A DNA stretch of 64,000 bases, taken from the IMG/VR virus record IMGVR_UViG_3300045988_183134, positions 32,001 to 96,000 of that record. The stretch is one strand, 5' to 3'. Below the pieces are notes generated by a model, which saw only the letters and a list, made by a program, of their open reading frames with translations, did not search any database and had not been told where the DNA came from. Positions 15,492-25,061 of the stretch are shown in pieces (within the stretch, counting starts at the first letter, position 1; every line of letters starts with the position of its first letter). This DNA comes from a virus. Position numbers and translations under genes: made by a program.

Positions 15492-16163
15492 ATGTACATT
15501 GATTTCACGAGCAAGCAGTACTCTTTCATCCTGCACGCTCTTGCCATCATGATAACGTTTTATAGCAACGATTTTTCCTCTATCTGCAAAGAGGTTGGAG
15601 AGGCTTATGGAGCAAGCGAGGCAGACATTGCAAGTGCTTGCGCTACTCTGACGGCTATCAACGTAACGGCTCCTGTTAAAAGCTATTCCGACAAGTGCAG
15701 CGAAATACTGGAAGATATGCTGCATCATGCACGGGAACTGCCGGAAAAGGATGCTCCGTATAAATACAGTATCGGCTTAGATACTCCTTCCTGGAAAGTC
15801 GTTGCCAATGCGTTGGATACATACTCTCGCATTCTAATGGGTCAATTTGGTGTCATTTATGAAGCCCTCGATATTTCTGGTAACGATGAACAGCACTTTC
15901 AGGCGTATCATGATGCACGCTGGAACGGAACAGGCGTCATCGAAGCCCGTGACCTTCTAATTCCGCAGCTCAAAAGGATGGGAATTGGCTGGAACGGAAA
16001 CTTCGGTATTTCCAACGCAGGGCTTGCCTACAACAGCAAGCTGGCATACGAGATTCTTAAAACCATTCGATATACGACAGAGAAACGAGATAGCTCCGTT
16101 CTGAAAGTGACAAACGAGCCGCTGCCGCATGTCGAGGGCTCTTTCCAAATCAAAGCACTGTGA
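15492..16163 (+). CDS. hypothetical protein
   Basis: Track ORF. SD AAAGGA upstream. Confidence 0.7.
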   Translation: MYIDFTSKQYSFILHALAIMITFYSNDFSSICKEVGEAYGASEADIASACATLTAINVTAPVKSYSDKCSEILEDMLHHARELPEKDAPYKYSIGLDTPSWKVVANALDTYSRILMGQFGVIYEALDISGNDEQHFQAYHDARWNGTGVIEARDLLIPQLKRMGIGWNGNFGISNAGLAYNSKLAYEILKTIRYTTEKRDSSVLKVTNEPLPHVEGSFQIKAL

Positions 16164-16185
16164 ACAAGATTGGAGGTTTTCCAGG

Positions 16186-16398
16186 GTGGGCGACCACATT
16201 ATTTCTTTTCTCGACATCTGCGCCATGCGCGGTCAGCTGGTTTTGGCAAAAGCACCGTCCATCCCGGCTATCAATAACAAAACTGTGTATTGTACCGGCG
16301 CTCACAAACACGGAGAGGACCGCTGCATCGTTCTTGACGGTGAGAAGTACAGCCAGATTCTCTTTGTTGACGGAACAATAAAATTATGCTGGCAGTGA
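16186..16398 (+). CDS. hypothetical small protein (GTG start)
   Basis: SD TGGAGG 9 nt before GTG16186, inside track ORF 16129..16398. Confidence 0.4.
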   Translation: MGDHIISFLDICAMRGQLVLAKAPSIPAINNKTVYCTGAHKHGEDRCIVLDGEKYSQILFVDGTIKLCWQ

Positions 16399-16407
16399 GG
16401 TGGCATT

Positions 16408-17484
16408 GTGGATAATATCATTGTGAACAGTGCTCTCTGGTATGCCGAGCAGAGCAGTCAATTTCTTGCGAATTCTGGGGCCAACAAGCTGCTGGATAAA
16501 GGCTATGACTACTATGTAAGTGAATTTATTCCGCTTGGGCACCGCCTTATCCAAAATGGTCAAATTGCTGCCAATGCGATGGATGGAGAGCTTGCCGCAC
16601 AGTTCTCGATGGCATACGTTGCAAACTATTGGCGTGCAGCAAAAACCGTATATAATTTTGCGCCGGAGTTTCTCAGAACATTGGCTGAGACTGAGGACGC
16701 ACCTATTTATTCTGACATTATGATGCGGTTGCCATACAGAGATTTTGTCATGAATCTGCCCACTGGCTCTCATCATGATGCGATGTTCGTACACATTGAA
16801 TTCGATGCTTCCCACGGGCCAAATGATGTGGATACGCTCTTCCTGATTGTTCCTTTTAAGGCGAACCCGAATGTCGATAACATCGAACTTTGCCAGTGCA
16901 TGCAGTGGTGTCTCAACGGCAAAAAGCTGATTGAATCTTATCGGCGCAACAATGATGCTCGCGAGCAGGCATTTCAGAACGGAACTGATTCTGCAACTGT
17001 CAATGACGCCACGGTTTCAAACGTACCAGGTGCCGTTCTCAGCGAGGAAGAGCTGCAAAAGCAGCGAGAATTCAACGCCGGTATTGAGCCGTATCTTCGT
17101 ATCGCGGTCTCTGCCGCTTATTATCTTGCATCAAAAAACGCAGAAATCAAAGAGGTAAAAATCCCGAAAGAGAAGCGGCCCGTCCTTGTTTCCAAACCCG
17201 GTGCTACTCCTAAAAAAGTAAATGTCAAAACTTACAATGTGGGCTTTGTAATCGGCAAGAGCTTTGAAATGCAGCTGGTTTCCGGTGCAGAATATCAGAA
17301 ATCCACAGCAACTGGCACAGGCCGTACGGTCAGACCACATGTCCGCCGTGCTCATTGGCACCACTACTGGGTTGGAGAAGGTCGAACTCGCTTAGAAGTC
17401 CGCTGGATTGAGCCAACTTTTGTGCTGCCGGAAGGGAAACGTGAGATAAAAATTGCAACAGTAAGACGCGTCATGGGCACTTAA
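16408..17484 (+). CDS. hypothetical protein with conserved C-terminal RRAHWHHYWVGEGR...RWIEP motif
   Basis: Track ORF with GTG start and SD GAGGTGG. The C-terminal ~85 aa are duplicated at 18536-18793. Confidence 0.75.
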   Translation: MDNIIVNSALWYAEQSSQFLANSGANKLLDKGYDYYVSEFIPLGHRLIQNGQIAANAMDGELAAQFSMAYVANYWRAAKTVYNFAPEFLRTLAETEDAPIYSDIMMRLPYRDFVMNLPTGSHHDAMFVHIEFDASHGPNDVDTLFLIVPFKANPNVDNIELCQCMQWCLNGKKLIESYRRNNDAREQAFQNGTDSATVNDATVSNVPGAVLSEEELQKQREFNAGIEPYLRIAVSAAYYLASKNAEIKEVKIPKEKRPVLVSKPGATPKKVNVKTYNVGFVIGKSFEMQLVSGAEYQKSTATGTGRTVRPHVRRAHWHHYWVGEGRTRLEVRWIEPTFVLPEGKREIKIATVRRVMGT

Positions 17485-17495
17485 AGGAGATTCAT

Positions 17496-18032
17496 ATGAA
17501 AGCAAACTACAAAGTAATCGCAAACAAGCAGAAAATTCTTGAAAAAGAAATTGAAAATTTCGAGCCAACATCAACAATGTCAGTGCTTCTGATGCGCTAC
17601 AGCATCATACAAGGGCTACTCCAGGTTAAACTGAACGAAAAAGACGCGAATGGTAGCCCTAACATCAGCCCTTCCGATATGGCATACGATATGACTACAT
17701 TTTTTAGCGATGCCGTCAATACTGCGGCCGATGATTTCACAGATGATGATGACGACCGCACAATAAAATTTGATGGCACCGTTGATGAATTCCGGCAAGA
17801 ACTGGCTAATCGGGTTCTGATAACACTCAGCCTGGCGTTTGAACATGAATTCATAAATTTTACAGAACAAACCGGGATTACCCGCGCCCAGTATGAGATT
17901 CTTGCCGCTGAATACATCGCCCACGCTGAAGATGATGGCAGCAAAGTATCCGAAATGTTCAAAGGTGACGATTCTGAAAAAACCAAGCCCAAAGGTTGGA
18001 CCAGCGCCACACCACAAAACAGACGAAGCTAA
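17496..18032 (+). CDS. hypothetical acidic protein
   Basis: Track ORF. SD AAAGGAG 7 nt upstream. Confidence 0.75.
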   Translation: MKANYKVIANKQKILEKEIENFEPTSTMSVLLMRYSIIQGLLQVKLNEKDANGSPNISPSDMAYDMTTFFSDAVNTAADDFTDDDDDRTIKFDGTVDEFRQELANRVLITLSLAFEHEFINFTEQTGITRAQYEILAAEYIAHAEDDGSKVSEMFKGDDSEKTKPKGWTSATPQNRRS

Positions 18033-18041
18033 AAAAGCCAC

Positions 18042-18171
18042 TTGCACGAATGTGCGAACCGCCTAAAATAATAATTGCATAACAGATACCATCACTTACC
18101 TCCTAACTGAACATTAACAATCTGTCATGCTTGTAAGCAGACTCTCTTTTGAGGGCCTGCTTCTTTTTTTG
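18042..18171 (+). promoter_or_regulatory. promoter-leader-terminator module, copy 1 (variant leader)
   Basis: TTGCAC-gaatg-TGCGAA-ccgcc-TAAAAT. Leader ATTGCATAACAGATACCATCAC. Hairpin GCAGACTCTC-tttt-GAGGGCCTGC followed by a T-run. Confidence 0.6.
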
Positions 18172-18216
18172 TATGTATTGATTAGAAACAAAATTATTTT
18201 AGAAAGGATGAATACC

Positions 18217-18456
18217 ATGACGAATACCAAAAACAGCTTCACCAGGTTCGCAGCTGCCGCAAAAGATTGCTTCTATGTGAACTCTTTTCGAGCAGACTTA
18301 GTTCAGTGCGACAGGGCCTTGAAAATGGACGGTGAAATGCGCGTCGAAGCGGAATGCTGGATGAACATTTTGGATGCCCTGGACGATAACGACATCAAGA
18401 TGTATGTCGATAACGAATACCGTCCCGGACTTTTGAACCCGTTCCATAAATGGTAA
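18217..18456 (+). CDS. hypothetical protein, paralog of 32467..32712
   Basis: Shared AECW(M/L)N/D.L.A....I..YV...Y.P.LLNPF motif. SD GAAAGGA 8 nt before ATG18217. Confidence 0.7.
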   Translation: MTNTKNSFTRFAAAAKDCFYVNSFRADLVQCDRALKMDGEMRVEAECWMNILDALDDNDIKMYVDNEYRPGLLNPFHKW

Positions 18457-18535
18457 CGTTCCCAAAAAAACAAATGAATCACAACCCATTACTCATGCGG
18501 TAGGGCAGCATTGCTGTTCTGCCGCTATTTTTGTT

Positions 18536-18793
18536 TTTGATGTCGGTTACGTTATCGGGAAAAGCTTTGAGCAGCAAATGCGTTCTGCTAATGCAACCTG
18601 TGCCGAAAGCTTTTCCCATTGTGGCAGCAGTCACAGCGTTCGCCCTTATGTGCGCCGCGCTCACTGGCATCATTACTGGGTCGGGGAAGGCCGCACAAGA
18701 CTCGGAGTCCGTTGGATTGAACCGGCCTTGGTTCTTACCAACAGCAAAAACGAAGCCGATGCGGCTATTGTAAGAAACGTGAAAGGAGCATGA
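18536..18793 (+). pseudogene. 5'-truncated duplicate of the C-terminal domain of 16408..17484
   Basis: Translation VGYVIGKSFEQQ...VRPYVRRAHWHHYWVGEGRTRLGVRWIEPALVL aligns with aa ~272-345 of the full gene. It begins right after a hairpin and T-run and has no SD. Confidence 0.55.
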
Positions 18794-18795
18794 CA

Positions 18796-19278
18796 ATGCT
18801 TAATCCAAATATCAATAATGCTCTCGAAACCAATTCAAGCAAAGCGGTGCTTCTCAGCATCAAAAAGCAATGGCTTGAAAAGATTCTGAGCGGAGAAAAG
18901 ACCATTGAGGTCCGAAAAACCATGCCGTGGGAAATCAGCTATCCTTTTGTGGTGTTTTGCTACGAGACAAAAGCTGATGGTGGTGCCGGAAAAGTAACTG
19001 CTGCATTTGTTTGCCGAGACATCGATACGCTCGACTGTCTGCGTGAACTCCCGGCATATGCTATTGGCACAAAAGTAACCGAAAAGACCGCTCGATTCGT
19101 CAAGGATAGCTGCCTTACCGCAAACGAGCTGATTGCATACGGCAATAAGTCTGGCACTCTATATGGTTGGAACGTCTCTGACATCCAATCTATGGATATG
19201 TCACTGCGAGAGCTTGGCGTTAAGCGAGCACCACAGTCCTGGATGTATCTGCAAGTTCCCAACGACAAGACGTTCTGA
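18796..19278 (+). CDS. ASCH domain protein
   Basis: LLSIKKQWLEKILSGEKTIEVRKT matches the ASCH N-terminal pattern. SD AAGGAG 7 nt before ATG18796 (the track starts at 18790). Confidence 0.6.
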   Translation: MLNPNINNALETNSSKAVLLSIKKQWLEKILSGEKTIEVRKTMPWEISYPFVVFCYETKADGGAGKVTAAFVCRDIDTLDCLRELPAYAIGTKVTEKTARFVKDSCLTANELIAYGNKSGTLYGWNVSDIQSMDMSLRELGVKRAPQSWMYLQVPNDKTF

Positions 19279-19299
19279 ACGATGCCTGTTGGGGCTGGC

Positions 19300-19392
19300 T
19301 GCATGTGCGGACCAAGCAAAACATCTACTGCACGATAGAATAAATCGTGCAAACAAAGCAGACTCTCAATTCTTGAGGGCCTGCTATTTTTT
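19300..19392 (+). promoter_or_regulatory. module copy 2 (degenerate promoter, minimal leader)
   Basis: GCACGA-tagaataaa-TCGTGC is a compensated version of GTACGA/TCGTAC. Hairpin GCAGACTCTCA-attc-TTGAGGGCCTGC followed by a T-run. Confidence 0.5.
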
Positions 19393-19411
19393 ATTTCAGG
19401 AGGAAATAACC

Positions 19412-19951
19412 GTGATTCTTTATCATATCATGGCAGACACCGGATGCCTGCCGGACGATGTCATTCCACAGATACCTACGAATCGGATGAAAGGGGAGGA
19501 CCAGGAAATCCCAAGAATTTGTCTTGGGCATACCCTTGACGACTGCCTGACCAGCATCGGCATTGCGCATTTTGTCTCAAAATTCCTGCTCGCTGAGCTG
19601 CGTCAGAACAAAAAATACTCCAAGGACATGCCGTTACCGTTCATTGTCCGAATGTACAACATCAAGGACGAAGACCCGAATCTCTTGACCGAGGAAGAAA
19701 CACAGAAATATGTGGCGGATTCTGTCGTGACCAGTGAATGCTGGCTCACAAGATACGAGAAACCCGTCAAAATCCAGAAACTTTGGCTTGTGGGCGGCGA
19801 AGTGGTGCTTTGGCCCTATATCGTTGACGGCGTTGTATACAATTACCCAATCGTCCGTAACTCAATTTGGGCAGACAGCAAAACCTTGCCGGACCCGGAA
19901 TTTCAGAATCAAATCATGGATATCACTCAGAAATGGCTTAACGAAGCCTGA
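19412..19951 (+). CDS. hypothetical protein (GTG start)
   Basis: SD AGGAGG 8 nt before GTG19412. The track ORF 19133..19951 extension overlaps the module and the upstream gene. Confidence 0.65.
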   Translation: MILYHIMADTGCLPDDVIPQIPTNRMKGEDQEIPRICLGHTLDDCLTSIGIAHFVSKFLLAELRQNKKYSKDMPLPFIVRMYNIKDEDPNLLTEEETQKYVADSVVTSECWLTRYEKPVKIQKLWLVGGEVVLWPYIVDGVVYNYPIVRNSIWADSKTLPDPEFQNQIMDITQKWLNEA

Positions 19952-19982
19952 AAAAGAAGCACATCAAAAGCTCTTGCACATC

Positions 19983-20121
19983 CTTGCGAATTCCATAGTA
20001 TTAAAGTTGTACGACAGATAACATCTACTTGGCACGCCGCGTGCTCGTACAATTCATAATTCTGTTCTCATTCAAGGCAGACTCATCTTCATGATGGGCC
20101 TGCCTTTTTTGTTTACAGAAA
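19983..20121 (+). promoter_or_regulatory. module copy 3
   Basis: TTGCAC-atcct-TGCGAA-ttcca-TAGTAT. Leader TTGTACGACAGATAAC...TCGTACAATTCATAAT. Hairpin GGCAGACTCATC...GATGGGCCTGCC followed by T6. Confidence 0.7.
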
Positions 20122-20202
20122 AAGGAGGAATTAAAAACAAACCACAAATCTCAAATCACAATCTTCCGCTACAAGGAAAAGACACAAAAAAGGAGTCACA
20201 AA

Positions 20203-21030
20203 ATGAAAGTCGAAAAGAATAATAACAGCATTTTTCGGAACAAGCATGTCCTGGTTGTCGTCGCGGTGATGTGTATTTTTACCATCATCGCCTGCATGGG
20301 TTTTATGCTTTCTGTTCCTGCACACGCAGAGGAAAACATAGCTCCCAAAACCGAACCTATCGCTTTTTCCACTCCCATTGAAACGGTGAATGAGCTCGAT
20401 AAAGCGTTCCCGATAACGGAAACTTCCGAAGAAGCACAGGAGGAAATTACAACTGCTGAGGTCGAATCTTCCGATGCTGCAGAACCGGAACCACGGATTG
20501 AGACCGCAGAAGCAGCCATCGAAGAAGCCAAACCGAAACCCGAGACAATCCCAGATAATCTCAACGACAATGAGCTTGAAATCTACACAGCTCTGCGGTC
20601 CGCTGGCCTTTCCAAGGCCGGTACTGCCGCAGTGATGGGCTGCATGTCGATGGAGAGTGGTCTTAACGCTTCAGCCGAAAACCCTTCGGATGGCGGCTAT
20701 GGACTCCTGCAATGGACTTATAGCCGAAAGACAGACCTTTTCAACTGGTGTTATGGCAATGGCTATGACACCAACACCGTTACGGGACAGGTGATGTTCT
20801 TCGTGTATGAGCTCAATAGCACATACAGCAAGGCCGCCAAATACTCATATCCGGTGTACGAAACTCTTACTACAAGCGACAGCCTGGAAGATTGCCTTTC
20901 GATGTTCTTCTCCCATATGGAAGCAGGAACCAACGTGATAATCTCTTCCCGCAAAGTCTATGCAGGAGGGCTGACCACGTTAGACCTGTACCGCAAACGC
21001 TTAACTGCCGCTTACAAATACTTCATTTGA
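20203..21030 (+). CDS. membrane-anchored or secreted peptidoglycan-hydrolase-like protein (phage tail-lysozyme-like domain)
   Basis: N-terminal TM VLVVVAVMCIFTIIACMGFML. AVMGCMSMESGLNASAENPSDGGYGLLQW resembles the phage tail lysozyme family. Confidence 0.5.
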   Translation: MKVEKNNNSIFRNKHVLVVVAVMCIFTIIACMGFMLSVPAHAEENIAPKTEPIAFSTPIETVNELDKAFPITETSEEAQEEITTAEVESSDAAEPEPRIETAEAAIEEAKPKPETIPDNLNDNELEIYTALRSAGLSKAGTAAVMGCMSMESGLNASAENPSDGGYGLLQWTYSRKTDLFNWCYGNGYDTNTVTGQVMFFVYELNSTYSKAAKYSYPVYETLTTSDSLEDCLSMFFSHMEAGTNVIISSRKVYAGGLTTLDLYRKRLTAAYKYFI

Positions 21031-21047
21031 ATTAGGAGGAAATCACA

Positions 21048-21383
21048 ATGAAAACAACCGTTTATCTGTCCCGAAAACTCTTGAACCAGTTAAAGGTAAA
21101 AGAAACCGAAAGCAAAGACCTTATGCTAACCCATAACCTACACAACATCATCATCAACGGTAAGCGTGTTGGCTGCTCAGGCCACATTCAGAACGTTCTC
21201 AACAATAAGTGCGTTTACGTCAGCACCGAAAAGAGTTGCTATCAGCCCTTGTCTGACAAGAACCTGGTTCGCTATGCCGCCAGTATGAAAGATTACTCCT
21301 CTGTATCGCTCGGTGCAAAAGGACGTAATCAGTTCGTGACCAATGATGAGTTGGTTGGAAAAATCATTGATATGCTCCGATAA
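21048..21383 (+). CDS. hypothetical protein
   Basis: Track ORF. SD AGGAGG 8 nt upstream. Confidence 0.75.
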   Translation: MKTTVYLSRKLLNQLKVKETESKDLMLTHNLHNIIINGKRVGCSGHIQNVLNNKCVYVSTEKSCYQPLSDKNLVRYAASMKDYSSVSLGAKGRNQFVTNDELVGKIIDMLR

Positions 21384-21410
21384 GGGCATAAACAGAAAGA
21401 GAAAAAGCTC

Positions 21411-21581
21411 ATGAAAACCGGCATCAAGAGTCAGATAGTAATAGTATCTGCTGTGGCAGCTGTTCTGCTCATTGTTATGAGTGGCTGTGCAATTGCGGAG
21501 AGCATTACCTTTGAGAAGGTTGCTGTTCTCGCTGCAAGCGTACTTGCCTTGAACAAATGCTGCGGCATCCTGTTAAACTAA
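21411..21581 (+). CDS. hypothetical small lipoprotein-like or membrane protein (56 aa)
   Basis: Not in track (<60 aa). MKTGIKSQIVIVSAVAAVLLIVMSGC has a lipobox-like VMSGC. It fills the gap between two genes. Confidence 0.4.
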   Translation: MKTGIKSQIVIVSAVAAVLLIVMSGCAIAESITFEKVAVLAASVLALNKCCGILLN

Positions 21582-21593
21582 GGAGAAAAAATC

Positions 21594-22178
21594 ATGAAGA
21601 ATAAATACAAAGTTGTTGCCTTAGTTCCTTTGGAGTTCTCTGTTGAGGGAAGCTCCGATTCCAAAGAGGCAATCGAATCCATCAAAAACATTTTCGAAGC
21701 GTGTCGGGATGATAAAGACTACGCGGACATCGTTTTTGATGGTATCGAAGAGTCACTTCGTCACAACAGTATCGAGTACAAAGTTGAAGCCGTCCAGCAT
21801 GAACCTGAGGTGAAGGTAAATTCCGATATCCGTTCTGTTGCCTTCGATATCTGCGACTTCTTCGAGAACTATCTCGACGAAAACGGTATTTGCATCGTTT
21901 GCGATGATGCAGATGAGGAGCGGGAACGGAAAGACAATGAAAGCGGCGCGATGCTGTACGGCATGGAATATTGGCATCTCGTTGAGGATGTCGAGTTCTG
22001 GCTGAGTCACATGAGTGCGCAGGGAAAGCCGGTCATTACTTCTAAAATTTTGAAGGCGTTCGACGAACTTCTCGTATCCAAAAACCTCGGTAACTCCGTG
22101 CCAAGCGGCGATAATCGCTATCAACTGCACTCAAAGATTCTGAGTTGCTTGCGTTCTCGTGAGGAGGGGTTGGAATGA
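21594..22178 (+). CDS. hypothetical acidic protein
   Basis: Track ORF. SD AAGGAG upstream. Confidence 0.75.
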   Translation: MKNKYKVVALVPLEFSVEGSSDSKEAIESIKNIFEACRDDKDYADIVFDGIEESLRHNSIEYKVEAVQHEPEVKVNSDIRSVAFDICDFFENYLDENGICIVCDDADEERERKDNESGAMLYGMEYWHLVEDVEFWLSHMSAQGKPVITSKILKAFDELLVSKNLGNSVPSGDNRYQLHSKILSCLRSREEGLE

Positions 22179-22705
22179 GCGCGAAAGGCTGGAACAGTCT
22201 GAAACCTATTACGACCCCTGACCAGATGTCCGCACCAATTCATTGGAACCCAATGAACGAGGATTGGAAAATGCGGCTTACCAAAAGCCAGATTTACAAC
22301 ACCTCTTCTGGTTTCGATACTCAAACGCTCGATGCTATGAAGAAGCTGCATGACAAAATCCTCACATTTGGCGGGGATGAAGTCTGCATGACGGAATTTG
22401 ACGAAGACGCCCCAAAAATCCTCAAACGCGGCCAATTCTTTTATGGCAGCAGCTATATGAGGAAAGGCCAGGATTGCCAGTGCCATTACAATTCTGCACG
22501 GCTTTGGTATAAAAACAAAGACCGGTGCTTTATTGCAACGGGCTATGCTCTTTCCGAAGACGGGCTCTGGCGCTGTCATTCCTGGGTCGTTCAGCCAATG
22601 GCACGCACCGTTCGCGTGTGGGAAACCACCGTCAAGCGTGTTGCCTATTTTGGCGTGGTTTTGACCAGCGAGGAATGCGAAGACTTTGTCGAGAACAACA
22701 CATAA
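22175..22705 (+). CDS. hypothetical protein
   Basis: Track ORF. ATGA overlap with the upstream gene. Confidence 0.7.
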   Translation: MSAKGWNSLKPITTPDQMSAPIHWNPMNEDWKMRLTKSQIYNTSSGFDTQTLDAMKKLHDKILTFGGDEVCMTEFDEDAPKILKRGQFFYGSSYMRKGQDCQCHYNSARLWYKNKDRCFIATGYALSEDGLWRCHSWVVQPMARTVRVWETTVKRVAYFGVVLTSEECEDFVENNT

Positions 22706-22726
22706 CAATTGGGGAGGTTACCCAAC

Positions 22727-23728
22727 ATGGGTGAACAACTACATTTCAGTATGGATGGTGAGTTCCTCACCGCCATTGCACGTGACTGGTTCTGGAAGAT
22801 GGACAAGCCGTATAAAAAGTGTGAGGAGCTGCTGCTCTCCTGCATGATGGGTGGCAACGAGGAAGAAAAAAGGCATGTTTGCCAGGACATTATCGAAGGC
22901 CGGAAAAAACTTGTTGGTGTCAATGAGTTTGAACTTGTCGATGACAATGTTCATGTTCGTCCCCTCGGGCAGAAGGTTGAGGAGCTTCAACACAAGATGC
23001 TGGTCAATCAAATTCGTGAGGATATGATTGCACATCCGCTCAATTATGTTGACCGCTTTGCTATGACTGATAGCTATGAAACGCTCTGCACCAATGCAAA
23101 ACATCATTATATCGATTGCAGCTATGACGGTATCAAGTGCTTCCTCTATGGGAAAACGGGTTATTCTGATGCATTCAACAACGGTGCATGGCTTTTTACC
23201 CACCCAGACCTTGTTGCAGAATTCAATGGCGAACCGCTTCCTGAGCAGGAATCCAACCCGGAATTCTACAAAACCGATTTTTGGACCAAGCTTGCCTCTT
23301 GGATTGAAGCAAACATGAAAGGCACATCCGTTGAACGCCGTCAGCGACTGTACAACAGCTATATCAGTGATAGACCCATTCAGCATCAGCTGACCGAATA
23401 TGGTCTGATTGCTCCCGATGGCACCTGGTATGCCTGCGAGTTTGGCGAGCACGCTGCCCTGGCTGGCCGCATCATCATGCGCAATCGAGAAGCGTTTGGT
23501 CTTTCTGACCATGAAGTTCTCAATATGGCGTATGACTGGAGCGGCAAGGGTCTCGATTTCCTATATAAACGCGGTTGGATTGCCATTCGTAATCCTTCGA
23601 TGGGCAATACATTCCTCGATATGGATGAGACCAAAACCGCAACAAAAGCTCAAGTAAATACCATTTTTGACTATATTTCTAAATTCAACCGCTATGACAT
23701 GAATATTTCTAAAGTTATGGTTGACTAA
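22727..23728 (+). CDS. hypothetical protein
   Basis: SD GGGGAGG before ATG22727, inside track ORF 22709..23728. Confidence 0.7.
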   Translation: MGEQLHFSMDGEFLTAIARDWFWKMDKPYKKCEELLLSCMMGGNEEEKRHVCQDIIEGRKKLVGVNEFELVDDNVHVRPLGQKVEELQHKMLVNQIREDMIAHPLNYVDRFAMTDSYETLCTNAKHHYIDCSYDGIKCFLYGKTGYSDAFNNGAWLFTHPDLVAEFNGEPLPEQESNPEFYKTDFWTKLASWIEANMKGTSVERRQRLYNSYISDRPIQHQLTEYGLIAPDGTWYACEFGEHAALAGRIIMRNREAFGLSDHEVLNMAYDWSGKGLDFLYKRGWIAIRNPSMGNTFLDMDETKTATKAQVNTIFDYISKFNRYDMNISKVMVD

Positions 23729-23743
23729 GAAGGAGATTTTATT

Positions 23744-24319
23744 ATGACTTCCAATATGACTATGACCGCTATTTCCATCTGTAATTTTCTGAAACTCATC
23801 GTGAAAAGCACGGTTGAGCATTACACCGAGGATTTCAAGCTGGACATAAAGATTTTTAAGCGCTATGCAAAAGAAGCGCAGGAAACTGGAAAGCCCGTAT
23901 CGATGCTCTGGTTCTGCCGCTCTTGTGGAACGTATCTCTGCCCTGAGGAAGATGCGTACAAGAAAGATACTCCCATGTTCATCACGTTCAAATACTATGA
24001 TGAGCAGGAAGAGGAAGAAGCCCGGACCATTAAGGCTTTTCTGGTCACTGTGACAGGGATGGAAGGACAAAAGCCAGTTGGCTATATCACTCCCATCAAC
24101 TATGCGGATGAATGTGACCGCATTCGCCGTTACGCAGTACCTGCCGAAAAGGTCGAGCTTGTCTATGATAAAGGTTCCCTTGTCCAGAACAATGGCAACT
24201 ATACGATTCTGAAGCATCCCAAGCTTGGTACACTTCAGAAAACGAAATTCTTGGCCGATGACCCTGACGCGCTTGATTATGCGCTGCATATGGCTCGCAA
24301 TGAGAGAAAGGCAGGGTAA
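23744..24319 (+). CDS. hypothetical protein
   Basis: Track ORF. SD GAAGGAG upstream. Confidence 0.75.
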   Translation: MTSNMTMTAISICNFLKLIVKSTVEHYTEDFKLDIKIFKRYAKEAQETGKPVSMLWFCRSCGTYLCPEEDAYKKDTPMFITFKYYDEQEEEEARTIKAFLVTVTGMEGQKPVGYITPINYADECDRIRRYAVPAEKVELVYDKGSLVQNNGNYTILKHPKLGTLQKTKFLADDPDALDYALHMARNERKAG

Positions 24320-24324
24320 CAGCC

Positions 24325-24600
24325 ATGAAAACGATGGTTACATTGACTCACGAAGAAGCCCAAAGCTATTTGGCGTACGCTCTGATTTGCGAAACGATGG
24401 AAGGAGCCTTTTGGAATTCCGGACGCCGTCGCAGACTATACAGCAAGACGTTTACCGAAGCCGAACAGAGGCAGATTCCCCGCATCAAAGCCATTGCTCA
24501 CAAATGGTGTTTGGTTACTGGTGTTCCTGAAAAGGTACGCATGAGATACAGCACCTATTTGCTGTGGCAGAAACTCGCGATGTTCTGCGCTGAAATTTAA
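24325..24600 (+). CDS. hypothetical protein
   Basis: Track ORF, followed by terminator 24610-24638. Confidence 0.65.
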   Translation: MKTMVTLTHEEAQSYLAYALICETMEGAFWNSGRRRRLYSKTFTEAEQRQIPRIKAIAHKWCLVTGVPEKVRMRYSTYLLWQKLAMFCAEI

Positions 24601-24609
24601 TTTTTCATT

Positions 24610-24638
24610 ACCGCTGCCCATTTGGGTGGCGGTTTTTT
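24610..24638 (+). terminator. rho-independent terminator of 24325..24600
   Basis: ACCGCTGCCCA-ttt-GGGTGGCGGT followed by T6. It lies immediately upstream of module copy 4. Confidence 0.8.
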
Positions 24639-24639
24639 G

Positions 24640-24771
24640 TTGCGGATTTATGCGAACGGCCTATAATCAAAAATGTACGATAGATAACAGATATCGAAAA
24701 GGCATCCTGCCCTTCGCACACTTAACAATGCGCTTTAGGCGAACTTCCCATTTGGGCGGTTCGCCTTTTTG
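24640..24771 (+). promoter_or_regulatory. module copy 4
   Basis: TTGCGG-attta-TGCGAA-cggcc-TATAAT. Leader TGTACGATAGATAAC...CGCACAC. Hairpin GGCGAACTTCCC-attt-GGGCGGTTCGCC followed by T5. Confidence 0.7.
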
Positions 24772-24802
24772 CGTATAATATAAAAGAAAGGACGTAATCC
24801 AA

Positions 24803-25042
24803 ATGAATGAGTACGAAGCAACAATACAAATCAACCCAACCGACGATATCAAGTTCATACTTGAGGAGTCCGGCTGCTATGAGTCTGAAATTGAAATGAT
24901 GAAGGCCGGTGGCACCTATGATGCGTTTGTCAAGCGTGTCTATGATGCCATCGACTGGTCTCATCTGTTTGAGCGTATTGCTCAGATGGAAAACGAAGCC
25001 ATCACGACAGCTATCGACAAATTGTCTGATAGCATAATTTGA
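24803..25042 (+). CDS. hypothetical acidic protein
   Basis: Track ORF. SD AAAGGA upstream. Confidence 0.7.
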   Translation: MNEYEATIQINPTDDIKFILEESGCYESEIEMMKAGGTYDAFVKRVYDAIDWSHLFERIAQMENEAITTAIDKLSDSII

Positions 25043-25061
25043 TTGTTAGGAGGTAAATACT

